A DNA stretch of 64,000 nucleotides. It comes from Bacillales bacterium UBA1624. Lineage in GTDB: Bacteria > Bacillota_I > Bacilli_A > RFN20 > CAG-826. Shown one piece after another: positions 56,028-64,000 of the stretch. The DNA lies in contig DCMK01000077.1 in NCBI GenBank assembly GCA_002321395.1, positions 19,598-83,597 of the forward strand. The letters run 5' to 3'. Made by a program: the position numbers and the translations under genes. The notes under the pieces are model-generated. The model was not told where the DNA came from, did no database searches, and saw only the letters and a program-made list of their open reading frames with translations. The first letter of the stretch is position 1; every line of letters starts with the position of its first letter.

Positions 56028-56596
56028 TTGCCGATGGCCTTCATCGCCCTTCCGCCTTTGGTGGAGGTGGAAAGCTCGCAGGGGATCCCTTCTTTTTGCA
56101 GGAGGCCCCTCAGCAGTTTTTGGGCGCCTTCGAGGTTGTTGTATTCGAATTCGATTTCGTAATCCGTTTGGGAGGAATATTCGTTTTTGTCCAAAGAAAG
56201 GAGGCCCCCTTCGTAAGGGACATCGATGCGGTCGGTGGACAAGGAAGTCAAAATGCGGAGCGTGTCCACGTCGAAATCCAGCATCGTCAGGAAGCGGGCG
56301 ATGTCGTTTTTGGGGAAGAGGCCTTTTTTGAGGAGGCTTTGGAAGTCTTCGGGATCAATGGGGCAGTTTTTCTCCAACAACCCTTCCGACAAAGGGGTCT
56401 TTAAGGTCATTTCGTAAGCCCCTTCTTTCTCCCGGACCCGGAGGGCGATCCCCTCTTGGGCTAAATCGCGGCTTTCCGAATCGATGTAATAGTTGGTTTG
56501 GCTTATCTTTTTTCCCTCTCGGAAAAGCGCGGCCAGTTTTTCATAGTCTTCCTTGCGGACTAGGGCTTTCGCCTCGATTTCAATTGCGTTGGACAT
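56024..56596 (-). CDS. CYTH domain protein (triphosphate tunnel metalloenzyme, YjbK-like)
   Basis: N-terminal EIEAK motif (IEIEAKALV) and a beta-barrel-like periodicity; 190 aa. Confidence 0.7.
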   Translation of the reverse strand: MSNAIEIEAKALVRKEDYEKLAALFREGKKISQTNYYIDSESRDLAQEGIALRVREKEGAYEMTLKTPLSEGLLEKNCPIDPEDFQSLLKKGLFPKNDIARFLTMLDFDVDTLRILTSLSTDRIDVPYEGGLLSLDKNEYSSQTDYEIEFEYNNLEGAQKLLRGLLQKEGIPCELSTSTKGGRAMKAIGK

Positions 56597-56631
56597 ATCG
56601 TTCTCCTCACGTGCTATTATAACGCAGGTTT

Positions 56632-57012
56632 ATGAGCAACTCTTCACAACAATTCTCCTCCTGGCTGGCTTCCTCCTCTTGGTGGATCGCCCTCTCAATC
56701 GCCGGGCTGCTTTTACTTAGCGTCCTCCTTCTTTTGCTTTGCGGACGGAGAAAATCCCCCGCGAAAAAGAAAATCGCCCCGAGCGTTTATTTCGAGGCTT
56801 TGGGCGGGGCGGACAACGTTTTGGATAAACGCCTGTCCGGAAGCCGCATCGTGCTTAAGCTGAATGATGCCCGAAAAGTCGATCAGGAGAAACTGAAGGA
56901 AGCCGGGGTGGATGGATTCATCCTGATGTCCACCCAAGTTACCTTGGTCATCAAAGGCGACGCGGAGAAAGTCTACTTCACTTTGTTCGGAGAAAAGGCT
57001 TCACGTGCTTGA
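56632..57012 (+). CDS. Membrane-anchored PTS EIIB-like domain protein (catalytic Cys replaced)
   Basis: One N-terminal TM, then LGGADNVLDKRLSGSRIVLKLNDARKVDQEKLKEAGVDG, which aligns to EIIB(Glc) GGxxNI..CATRLR..KVD...L...GV with the Cys changed to Ser. Confidence 0.5.
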   Translation: MSNSSQQFSSWLASSSWWIALSIAGLLLLSVLLLLLCGRRKSPAKKKIAPSVYFEALGGADNVLDKRLSGSRIVLKLNDARKVDQEKLKEAGVDGFILMSTQVTLVIKGDAEKVYFTLFGEKASRA

Positions 57013-57532
57013 TCAAATCCTCCGTCGGCAACCCCATCACGTTGTCGAAGCTGCCTTGGATGGAAGCGATGAGGGGATAGTCGTCTTGGATCCCATAAGC
57101 CCCGGCTTTGTCCAGGGGCTTTTTCGTTGCGACGTATTCGCGGATTTGCTCTTCGCTTAAGGGGTTGAAGAGGACTTTCGTCGCGACCGTGCGGCTTATT
57201 TCCTTCCCTTTCCGAAGATAGGTGTACCCCGAAAGAACCGTTTGCCATTGCCCCGATTCCCGGAGCAGCATCGCGATGGCATCCTCCTCGCTTTTGGGCT
57301 TTCCTAAGACCTCTCCTTTCAGGACTACGGTCGTGTCGCAGGCGAGGACCTCGTCCTGGGGGTGGAGGGAGAAAACCGCGTAGGCCTTCATCTTGCTTTC
57401 TTCTAAGGCCAAAGACTCTGGGGGAAGGTGGAGGCTCCTTTCATCGTAGTCGGGAACGCGAATGGAAAAATCCTCGACCACTTTCTTGAGGAGAAGTTGC
57501 CTTCTAGGCGAGGAAGAAGCGAGGATGAGCAT
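56978..57532 (-). CDS. maf: Maf-like nucleoside triphosphate pyrophosphatase
   Basis: MLILASSSPRRQLLL and GKPKSEEDA Maf motifs. Confidence 0.85.
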   Translation of the reverse strand: MLILASSSPRRQLLLKKVVEDFSIRVPDYDERSLHLPPESLALEESKMKAYAVFSLHPQDEVLACDTTVVLKGEVLGKPKSEEDAIAMLLRESGQWQTVLSGYTYLRKGKEISRTVATKVLFNPLSEEQIREYVATKKPLDKAGAYGIQDDYPLIASIQGSFDNVMGLPTEDLIKHVKPFLRTK

Positions 57533-57535
57533 GGA

Positions 57536-59206
57536 TCAGGCGGCCGTGTTCATGATCACGGGGATGATCATGGGCTTCCGTCCGGTTTTCCTTTCGATGT
57601 ATTTGGAAACGGTGGAGCGAATCGCGTTTTTGATGGAGGAGAAGGAAACGTGGGGGTTCGCCATCGCCTCTTCCAAAGCTTCCTGGGCATGCATCTGCGC
57701 GTGGCGGATGACGTGGGTGGCTTCGCTGGCGGAGAAGCCCCTGGCATAGACCACGGGCGGGACGATGATTTTGCTGCGCTTGGAATCGATGGTGACCAGA
57801 ACCGCCGCCATGCCGTCGTTCTTCAGAATCGCGCGGTCGTTGATCGTGGCGGAGGAGACCCCGTCCAAATCGTTCCCGTCGATGTAGACGGCATCGGCCT
57901 GGATATGGCCCCCGCGGGTTACGGTGTGGTTGGAAAGGGTCAGCATATCCCCGTTGTCGCAGAGGAAGATGCGGTCTTTGGGCATGCCAAGCTGCATCGC
58001 CACCTCCCCATGCAAACGAAGCATGCGGTATTCTCCATGCGCAGGCATGAAATACTTCGGCCGGACCAAACGCTGCAGCAAGCGGAGTTCCTGGCGGGAG
58101 GGGTGGCCGGAGGAGTGGAGGGAGAAGGCGAGGGAATTTTGCTTTACGTCCGCGCCGAGCTTGACCAGGTTGTTGATCAAGGCATCGACCAACGCCCCGT
58201 TCCCCGGGATCGGGTTGGAGGAGAAGACGACCGTATCGCCCGGAACGATGTAAATGCTGCGGTTTTCACCCGCGACGATGCGCGAGAGCGCGGCGAGCTT
58301 TTCGCCTTGGCTGCCGGTGCAGAGGATGCAGACCTCGGAGAGCTTGTAGTTCCGGACTTCCCCTTCCTCGATCACGGAGGAATCAGGAATTTTGATATAG
58401 CCCAATTCGCGGGCGATTCCGACGACGTTCTTCATCGAGCGCCCCAAGATGCAGATTTTCCTCTTGTGGGCCACGGCGACTTCGACGACTTGCTGAATGC
58501 GGTTGATGTTGCTGGAGAAGGTCGAGACGATGATGCGCCCCGGGGCCTTGTCGAAGATTTCCTCCACGCCCTTCCTGACGGCGGTCTCTGAGGGGGTGTA
58601 GCCTTCGATTTCCGCGTTGGTGGAATCCGCCAAAAGCAAATCCACGCCCTCATCCCCCAGTCGGGCGAGTTTGTTGATTTCGAAATTCGGGCCGACGGGG
58701 GTCAGATCGATCTTGAAGTCACCGGAGTCGACGATGCGGCCTTCGGAGGTGTTGACCACGATCCCGAAACTGTCGGGGATGGAGTGGGTGACGCGGAAAA
58801 AGCTGACCGTGAAGTCATTTCCGACTTTGATGATGGAATCCTGATCGTATTCGACGATTTTGATGTTGTCTTTGATGCGGGCATCTTCAAGCTTGTGCCG
58901 GATCAAGGCAGCGGCGAGCTTCGGCGCATAGATGACGGGGACGTAAATCGAGCGGATCAAAAAGGGAATCCCGCCGATGTGGTCCTCATGGCCATGGGTA
59001 ATGAAAAGGGCCTTGACCTTGGGGCGGTTGTTTTTCAGGTAGGTGTAATCGGGGATGACGTAATCGACCCCGGGGAGATTGGCTTCGGGGAAGCGCACGC
59101 CGGCGTCTAAAAGGATAATGGAATGCTCGTTTTCGATGCAATAAGTGTTTTTTCCGACCTCACCGAGGCCGCCTAAGGCGTAAATGGAAACCGCGGATTG
59201 ATACAT
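57536..59206 (-). CDS. rnj: Ribonuclease J (beta-CASP metallo-beta-lactamase)
   Basis: HGHEDHIGG motif II, beta-CASP motifs, a C-terminal domain; the start is placed at MYQSAVSIYALGG; a 5' UTR of about 190 nt lies upstream. Confidence 0.9.
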   Translation of the reverse strand: MYQSAVSIYALGGLGEVGKNTYCIENEHSIILLDAGVRFPEANLPGVDYVIPDYTYLKNNRPKVKALFITHGHEDHIGGIPFLIRSIYVPVIYAPKLAAALIRHKLEDARIKDNIKIVEYDQDSIIKVGNDFTVSFFRVTHSIPDSFGIVVNTSEGRIVDSGDFKIDLTPVGPNFEINKLARLGDEGVDLLLADSTNAEIEGYTPSETAVRKGVEEIFDKAPGRIIVSTFSSNINRIQQVVEVAVAHKRKICILGRSMKNVVGIARELGYIKIPDSSVIEEGEVRNYKLSEVCILCTGSQGEKLAALSRIVAGENRSIYIVPGDTVVFSSNPIPGNGALVDALINNLVKLGADVKQNSLAFSLHSSGHPSRQELRLLQRLVRPKYFMPAHGEYRMLRLHGEVAMQLGMPKDRIFLCDNGDMLTLSNHTVTRGGHIQADAVYIDGNDLDGVSSATINDRAILKNDGMAAVLVTIDSKRSKIIVPPVVYARGFSASEATHVIRHAQMHAQEALEEAMANPHVSFSSIKNAIRSTVSKYIERKTGRKPMIIPVIMNTAA

Positions 59207-59359
59207 ATGATAACTTCTTGGCAAAAGCCAATGCCCTCCTTCTTTCTCTATTCGGAACGGATGTCGCCTGTAATATATCCGCAAAACGGGAGCGTGTCTA
59301 ATCAATTGTTTATGAAAGCCTTTTCTTTTTCCTTGGGACCGCTTTTTCGCGGGAAGGGG

Positions 59360-59385
59360 CGGAACGAAAAAGGCCCTTTGGGGGC
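59360..59385 (-). terminator. rho-independent terminator of def
   Basis: Minus strand AGGCCCccaaaGGGCCT then TTTTCG. Confidence 0.5.
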
Positions 59386-59395
59386 CTTGCTTCGC

Positions 59396-59956
59396 TTAGC
59401 AAACGTAGGCGCCTGGGATGCGCTTTTCGGGACTGGCTTTGTCGATTCGGTCGTAGAAGAGGATGCCGTCCAAATGATCGATTTCGTGCTGAAGGACGAT
59501 GGCGTCGTATCCGCGGGCGGTGATGGCGATGTTCTCCCCGCGCTTCGCATCATAGGCCTCAACGGTGATTTTGAAATGGCGGATCACGTGGCCGGGGTGA
59601 GGCGAATCCACGGAGAGGCATCCTTCTCCTGCCTCGATGTAGGCTTTGCGGACGGAAGTGGTGGTGATCTTCGGATTGACCAACTGATATTCGGTTTTCC
59701 CGTTCTGTTGGCCATTCTCATCGTAGTTGGGGTATGAGATCACGAGCATGCGGACGTTGTGGCCGACCTGCGGGGCCGCTAAGCCGACGCCTTCCCTGGT
59801 TTCAGGGTGTTTGGCCAAGAACTTCGGATCCTGGGTGTCCAATAGGTATTCCATCATCTCATCGATGAGGGCTTTGTCCTTATCCGACAAAGGGAGAGGG
59901 ACTTCTTTGCAACGGGCCCGCAAACTCGGGGCGGGATCTTTGACGATTTTCAACAT
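59396..59956 (-). CDS. def: Peptide deformylase
   Basis: GVGLAAPQVG, EGCLSV and HEIDHLDG motifs; a TATAAT 9 nt upstream of the ATG and no SD (leaderless candidate). Confidence 0.85.
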   Translation of the reverse strand: MLKIVKDPAPSLRARCKEVPLPLSDKDKALIDEMMEYLLDTQDPKFLAKHPETREGVGLAAPQVGHNVRMLVISYPNYDENGQQNGKTEYQLVNPKITTTSVRKAYIEAGEGCLSVDSPHPGHVIRHFKITVEAYDAKRGENIAITARGYDAIVLQHEIDHLDGILFYDRIDKASPEKRIPGAYVC

Positions 59957-60004
59957 AATGATGCGATTATAACACCGGCGCCCATCTTCGTTTAAAATAT
60001 GGCT

Positions 60005-60370
60005 ATGAATCTTGAGACCCTCGAGGCCCTGAACCGCCTCAAATCCGCCTTTGAGGAAGATCCTAGAAGAAAGAGGCTCCTTCAGGCGGAAAAAGAAATG
60101 GAAAGCGATCCCGAAGCCCAAAGGCTCACGAAGAAGAAGGATCTCCTCACCGAGGAATATGAGCAGGCCCGCTTCCGTTATGGAGAGAACTCCGAGCAGG
60201 CCAAGAGCGCTTGGCGTTCCTTATATCTAATAAAGAAAGAGCTCGATGAGCTCCCCGTTTGCGAAGCCTATCGGAAGGCCTATGCCCCGATGGCGTTGCT
60301 TTGCCGGCAAATGGACACGATCCTTTTCGACTCTTTTCGGGACGAGACCGACTGCGGAGGCAAGATATGA
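60005..60370 (+). CDS. ylbF: YlbF/YmcA-family regulatory protein (RicF-like)
   Basis: Helical about 120 aa with a C-terminal Cys cluster (PVCEAY...LLCRQ...TDCGG); ylbF-rsmD-coaD synteny as in Bacillus; a TAAAAT ends 6 nt before the ATG (leaderless candidate). Confidence 0.6.
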   Translation: MNLETLEALNRLKSAFEEDPRRKRLLQAEKEMESDPEAQRLTKKKDLLTEEYEQARFRYGENSEQAKSAWRSLYLIKKELDELPVCEAYRKAYAPMALLCRQMDTILFDSFRDETDCGGKI

Positions 60371-60912
60371 TCAAAATCATCGGAGGGACTTATCGTTCCC
60401 GCATTCTCCAAACCCCGGATCAAGGCACCTTGCCCACGAAGAACATAGTCCGAGGGGCAATGCTCTCAAGCCTCGGCGATCGGATCGCGGATAGTCGCGT
60501 GCTGGACTTGTTCGCCGGATCGGGCGCCCTTGGGATTGAAACCCTTTCCCGCGGGGCGAAAAGCTGTCTGTTCGTGGAGAAGGATCCCAAAGCCGCGAAT
60601 ATCGTCAAAGGCAATCTGGCCTCGCTGAAAGAAAGCAAAGGCGAGGTATGGAACTTGGATTATCAAGCCGCCTTGGCTCAAGCCAAGCAGAAGGGAATGG
60701 CCTTCGACATCGTCTTCCTCGATCCCCCTTACGCGATGAAAGATGCCTACCGGCTCTCCGTGGATTGCCTTTTGCAGAATGGCATGCTGGGGGAGGAGGC
60801 CTGCCTCATTTTGGAATACGAAGGAGAGATCCCCTTCGAAAGCCCGTTCCCTTTCCAAAGGGAATACCGTTACGGGAAAACCAAAGTATTGTCCCTAAGG
60901 AGGGTTCTATGA
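60367..60912 (+). CDS. rsmD: 16S rRNA (guanine966-N2)-methyltransferase RsmD
   Basis: VLDLFAGSGALGIE SAM-binding motif, the DPPY motif (FLDPPYAM). Confidence 0.88.
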   Translation: MIKIIGGTYRSRILQTPDQGTLPTKNIVRGAMLSSLGDRIADSRVLDLFAGSGALGIETLSRGAKSCLFVEKDPKAANIVKGNLASLKESKGEVWNLDYQAALAQAKQKGMAFDIVFLDPPYAMKDAYRLSVDCLLQNGMLGEEACLILEYEGEIPFESPFPFQREYRYGKTKVLSLRRVL

Positions 60913-61385
60913 AAATCGCCGTTTATCCTGGTTCTTTCGACCCCATCACCAATGGGCACCTCGACATCCTTCGGCGTTCTTTGAAGGTTTTCGATCGAGT
61001 CATCTTGCTTTTGGCCACCAACGGGGCTAAGAAAGGACGCTTCTCCGTGGAGGAAAAGCTCGCCTTGATGAAAGAGGCGACGAAGGATATCCCGGGGGTC
61101 CTCGTGGATTCCTACGATGGCCTGACCGTCGATTATTGCCGCGCCCACGAAGCGAAGGCGATCATCCGCGGCCTGCGCGCGGTGACGGACTTCGAATATG
61201 AGTTCCAGCTCGCCGCGGCCAATCATTTCGTCAATCCCGATGTGGACATGGTCTTCTTCATGGCCACGGCCGCGACCACGTTCATCTCCTCAAGCGCGGT
61301 GGACGAACTGGAGAGGAATGGGGCCGATGTTTCCCCTTTGGTCCCCGCTTGCGTCGCGGAAGCTTATTCGAAAAGAAAAGGATAA
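60909..61385 (+). CDS. coaD: Phosphopantetheine adenylyltransferase
   Basis: MKIAVYPGSFDPITNGHLDI (T/HxGH motif); ATGA overlap with rsmD. Confidence 0.92.
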   Translation: MKIAVYPGSFDPITNGHLDILRRSLKVFDRVILLLATNGAKKGRFSVEEKLALMKEATKDIPGVLVDSYDGLTVDYCRAHEAKAIIRGLRAVTDFEYEFQLAAANHFVNPDVDMVFFMATAATTFISSSAVDELERNGADVSPLVPACVAEAYSKRKG

Positions 61386-61419
61386 GGAAACCGGCCTTTC
61401 ATCAACGGACGGTCTTCTT

Positions 61420-61974
61420 TCAATTCAGGGTCGCTACCGTCAGGTTGTATTCCCGATCCCCGTTCAAAGAAGAATATAAGAGCGAGGGGTTTTCGCTGGT
61501 GTCGAAACGGGAAAGGTGGATGTTCTCCATGGGGATTCCCAAGGAGCGAAGCTGCATCAGCAAAATCAAAGGAACATCGAGGAAGTCGGATCCGTCTGTC
61601 CTTTTACATGCGGGTTGGTATCCTTGCTCCATCGCCCCTTCGATCTCTTCCTCACTGACGATGATGTGGGAGAAGGTGAGGCAGGGGGCGAAATAGACTT
61701 CAACCTTTTTCAACTCGGCTTTCATTTCGTTCAAAAAGCGGGAGATTTCCTCTTTTTTGCTTCCGGATAGGGCCGCTTCTTGATCGACCACGAATCCGGC
61801 CAAGAACTTCCCTTTCTCGGCAAGGAAGCAGGGGATTTCGTCATGGGAGAGAAGAGAAACGCTTTCTCCTGGGGCGAATGCGGGGACGGGGCTCGTCAAA
61901 ACGACCGGCCTATCGTTCCCTTTTACATAAGTGACGGCTCGGAAGCTATCCAAAGCAAATTCGATGTTATCCAT
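61420..61974 (-). CDS. Hypothetical protein; the C-terminal part loosely resembles the C-terminal half of YfiH/PgeF-fold proteins
   Basis: 184 aa; no catalytic Cys/His/His triad recognised; a TATAAT sits 10 nt upstream of the ATG with no SD. Confidence 0.45.
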   Translation of the reverse strand: MDNIEFALDSFRAVTYVKGNDRPVVLTSPVPAFAPGESVSLLSHDEIPCFLAEKGKFLAGFVVDQEAALSGSKKEEISRFLNEMKAELKKVEVYFAPCLTFSHIIVSEEEIEGAMEQGYQPACKRTDGSDFLDVPLILLMQLRSLGIPMENIHLSRFDTSENPSLLYSSLNGDREYNLTVATLN

Positions 61975-61985
61975 AACGGGTTCGA

Positions 61986-62020
61986 TTATAGCAAAAGAAA
62001 AGGGCCGCGTTTAGGCGGCC
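61986..62020 (-). terminator. rho-independent terminator
   Basis: Minus strand AGGGCCGCctaaaCGCGGCCCT then TTTCTTTTG. Confidence 0.55.
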
Positions 62021-62034
62021 CTCAGGGATTCGGA

Positions 62035-62955
62035 TCAGGCGTTGTATCCCTTGGTGAAGGGGTTGGAGGAATCGGAATCGGTGTGGTTCCACATCTGAAG
62101 GAGGAGCTCCGCTTTTTCGTAGGCGGTGTTGCCGGAAACCCCGAAGAGGATTTCGGAGACGCCAACGCGGCCGAGGTCGAAGGCTTCCTTGGAGAAGTCG
62201 ACGAGGATGACGGTCGGTTTGATGAAGCTGCTGGAATCGAGCTTCGTGCCGGCGTCGATGAAGTTGTCGTAGTTGCTGGAGGAGCTGAGATTGGCGTTCT
62301 TCTTATACGGGCAGGTATCGAAGCGGGCGCCCGCATCAGCGAAGAAGCCGAGGTCATCGAACTTCAGGAGGTAGCGGTTGAAGGCGCTCTTTTCGGATTC
62401 GATCACGAAGTCGTCGTCGTTGGTGGAATCCTCGTCGGTGTAGATGGTCGAGAAGGCGAAGGAACGGGAATCGGCCGGAGCGTAACGGGATCCGACGCCC
62501 CAGTTGTTTTGGAGGTTCTCGAAGCCCTCTTGGGCGGAGTCGCAGGCATCGTTGCCCTTTGCGACGTAGACGAGGTAGAACTTCTCCCCGCCGGCGCGGT
62601 CGATGATGGCCTTTTCCTCGGAAGCCTCAAAGTTGGTTTTGAATTCGTCGTAGGTGGCGTATTCATGCTGATCGGCGAAGTTGGACCATTTCATCAAAGC
62701 ATAGGTAAGCTTATCGGCCTCGGTAGTGATTTCCGAGTCCTTGTGGTTCTCGCCTTCCAAGGTTTTCTTCTGCGCCATGTAGTAAGCGGTGGACGTGCCG
62801 ACCCCGAAGGATTGGACCCACGCGGTAGCTTTGGGGATTGAGAAGATGACGGCGAAGATCGCCCCGACGATCAATAGCGGCTGGACCCACGCGGTCTCGC
62901 GGATCCAACGCCAGAGTTTGGTGAACGACGCGCCGATGCTTTTCAAAATGTTCAT
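62035..62955 (-). CDS. Membrane-anchored (N-terminal signal anchor) extracytoplasmic protein, unknown function
   Basis: MNILKSIGASF...one TM (WVQPLLIVGAIFAVIFSI), then a roughly 270-aa domain rich in D, S and N. Confidence 0.55.
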   Translation of the reverse strand: MNILKSIGASFTKLWRWIRETAWVQPLLIVGAIFAVIFSIPKATAWVQSFGVGTSTAYYMAQKKTLEGENHKDSEITTEADKLTYALMKWSNFADQHEYATYDEFKTNFEASEEKAIIDRAGGEKFYLVYVAKGNDACDSAQEGFENLQNNWGVGSRYAPADSRSFAFSTIYTDEDSTNDDDFVIESEKSAFNRYLLKFDDLGFFADAGARFDTCPYKKNANLSSSSNYDNFIDAGTKLDSSSFIKPTVILVDFSKEAFDLGRVGVSEILFGVSGNTAYEKAELLLQMWNHTDSDSSNPFTKGYNA

Positions 62956-63258
62956 AGAATGCGGAAGCCTCCGAAAAATGCGGCCTAACAAGACAGCGGG
63001 TTAATGATAGCATCGCCCTTTTTCCGGGGCAATAAAGACTTACCATAGGTAAGGGGTTCTTTTTATGCGCTGATTTCGCGCCCAAAGAGGCCGGTTTTCC
63101 CTTATGGTGCCATTCTGCGCCCCCTTTTTTCCCAAAACCCGGAAACGGCGGGGCTTTGTATCGTCCGCTTGTTTCCACTCCCGACTGACCGGTGCGCCCC
63201 ATGAATCGAGCCCGAGGGAAGCTCTCACGGCATCTTGGAAGGGAAAAGCGCTTCGCTT

Positions 63259-63269
63259 TCTTGGTATAA
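63259..63269 (+). promoter_or_regulatory. Extended -10 promoter element (TGgTATAAT) for the PI-PLC-like gene
   Basis: TTGGTATAAT about 24 nt upstream of the ATG at 63299. Confidence 0.4.
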
Positions 63270-63298
63270 TCGATGGCAAAGAAAGAAAAGGATTCAAG

Positions 63299-64000
63299 AT
63301 GAAGAAGCGATGGAAGGTTTTTATTATCCTCGGCGCCGTCATATTGACGCTTGGGGCGGGGGCGGGCGCCTTCATCGCGTCCATGACTTGCTTTCGGAAG
63401 TACGAGCAAAAGGATCCCTCTTTGGCCACCTGGATGAGCTCACTGAAAGATGATGCCTTGCTAAACCAGATCGTGCTACCAGGGAGCCATGACGCGGGAA
63501 CCAACGGGATGAGTTGGCTCGGAAGGACCCAGCATTGCAGCGTGAAAGAGCAGTTGTCCCTTGGGGTGCGTTATTTCGATCTGCGGGTCAATCGCATCGA
63601 AGACGATTACGTCATTTACCATTCCATCATCAATGGAGCGCGATTCGACCCCATTTTGGACGACATCGCTTCCTTCATCCGCGAGAACCCCAGCGAAACA
63701 CTTCTTTTGGACTTCCAGCATTTCAGCAACGGCAGCGAGGAGCATGTCTACCAAGCCGTCACGGAGAAGCTGAAAGATTGTTTGATCGTCCAAGGCGAAG
63801 GGCAAACCGAATTGGAATTCGTTGATGGCCTTCGACTGGAGGAGGCTAGAGGAAAATGCCTGTTTTTTTTCGGAGAGGATGCTCCTTTTGCGGAACAGCC
63901 CCATATCTTCAGTCGGAATGATGATGCTTGCTCAAAGACCGGGCAGGCTTTGGACTCTTGCTATATTTCTTCCTATCACGCGATGGAATCGTCCGAATTC
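63299..64000 (+). CDS. PI-PLC X-domain-like phosphodiesterase with a signal peptide; 3' end lies outside the window
   Basis: MKKRWKVFIILGAVILTLGAGAGA signal/anchor, then LPGSHDAGTN...RYFDLRV, which resembles the PLC-like catalytic X domain; the ORF runs off the window end. Confidence 0.6.
   Translation, partial: MKKRWKVFIILGAVILTLGAGAGAFIASMTCFRKYEQKDPSLATWMSSLKDDALLNQIVLPGSHDAGTNGMSWLGRTQHCSVKEQLSLGVRYFDLRVNRIEDDYVIYHSIINGARFDPILDDIASFIRENPSETLLLDFQHFSNGSEEHVYQAVTEKLKDCLIVQGEGQTELEFVDGLRLEEARGKCLFFFGEDAPFAEQPHIFSRNDDACSKTGQALDSCYISSYHAMESSEF

Noticed and set aside
61780-62841. 353-aa ORF on the plus strand
   Set aside because: Antisense to the signal-anchored protein gene. It is rich in G, V and E with no motifs. 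The minus-strand ORF has a credible TM anchor and a credible start.
1-64000. CRISPR arrays, insertion sequences, integrases and phage genes
   Set aside because: No direct repeats with regular spacing, and no transposase, recombinase or phage structural motifs were seen anywhere in the window.

Overview
The window reads as a chromosomal core region of a Firmicutes/Bacillota-like genome with fairly high GC (roughly 55%). Bacillus-type gene order is visible throughout: dnaD-nth, recU, gpsB-rnpB (type B RNase P RNA), pgsA-cinA-recA, rny-ymdB, miaB-miaA, ylbF-rsmD-coaD, and an spx-CYTH pair. About 70 protein genes are called, almost all housekeeping: recombination and repair, RNA turnover (RNase Y, RNase J, NrnA), tRNA modification, glycolysis, chaperones and transporters. 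There are 7 tRNA genes on the minus strand, in three loci that each carry a near-consensus sigma-A promoter. No mobile elements, CRISPR arrays or recognisable defence islands were found. The more interesting observations are architectural. These are a MiaB fused to a RicA (YmcA)-like domain, with a YlbF (RicF) paralogue and RNase Y in the same window; an M32 (Taq-type) carboxypeptidase fused to a large polytopic membrane domain; a split-plus-fused pair of MacB/FtsX-type ABC systems; a half-length CCA-adding enzyme; an Spx paralogue with a Cys/His-rich tail; a membrane-anchored, catalytically degenerate PTS EIIB-like domain; a CIRCE-like element upstream of htpG; RNase P RNA embedded between co-directional protein genes with no terminators; and several apparently leaderless genes. 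Many long ORFs in the supplied track are antisense shadows of real genes, which is typical for GC-rich DNA, and were rejected. All calls rest on reading the sequence and recalled family motifs. No database search was run.
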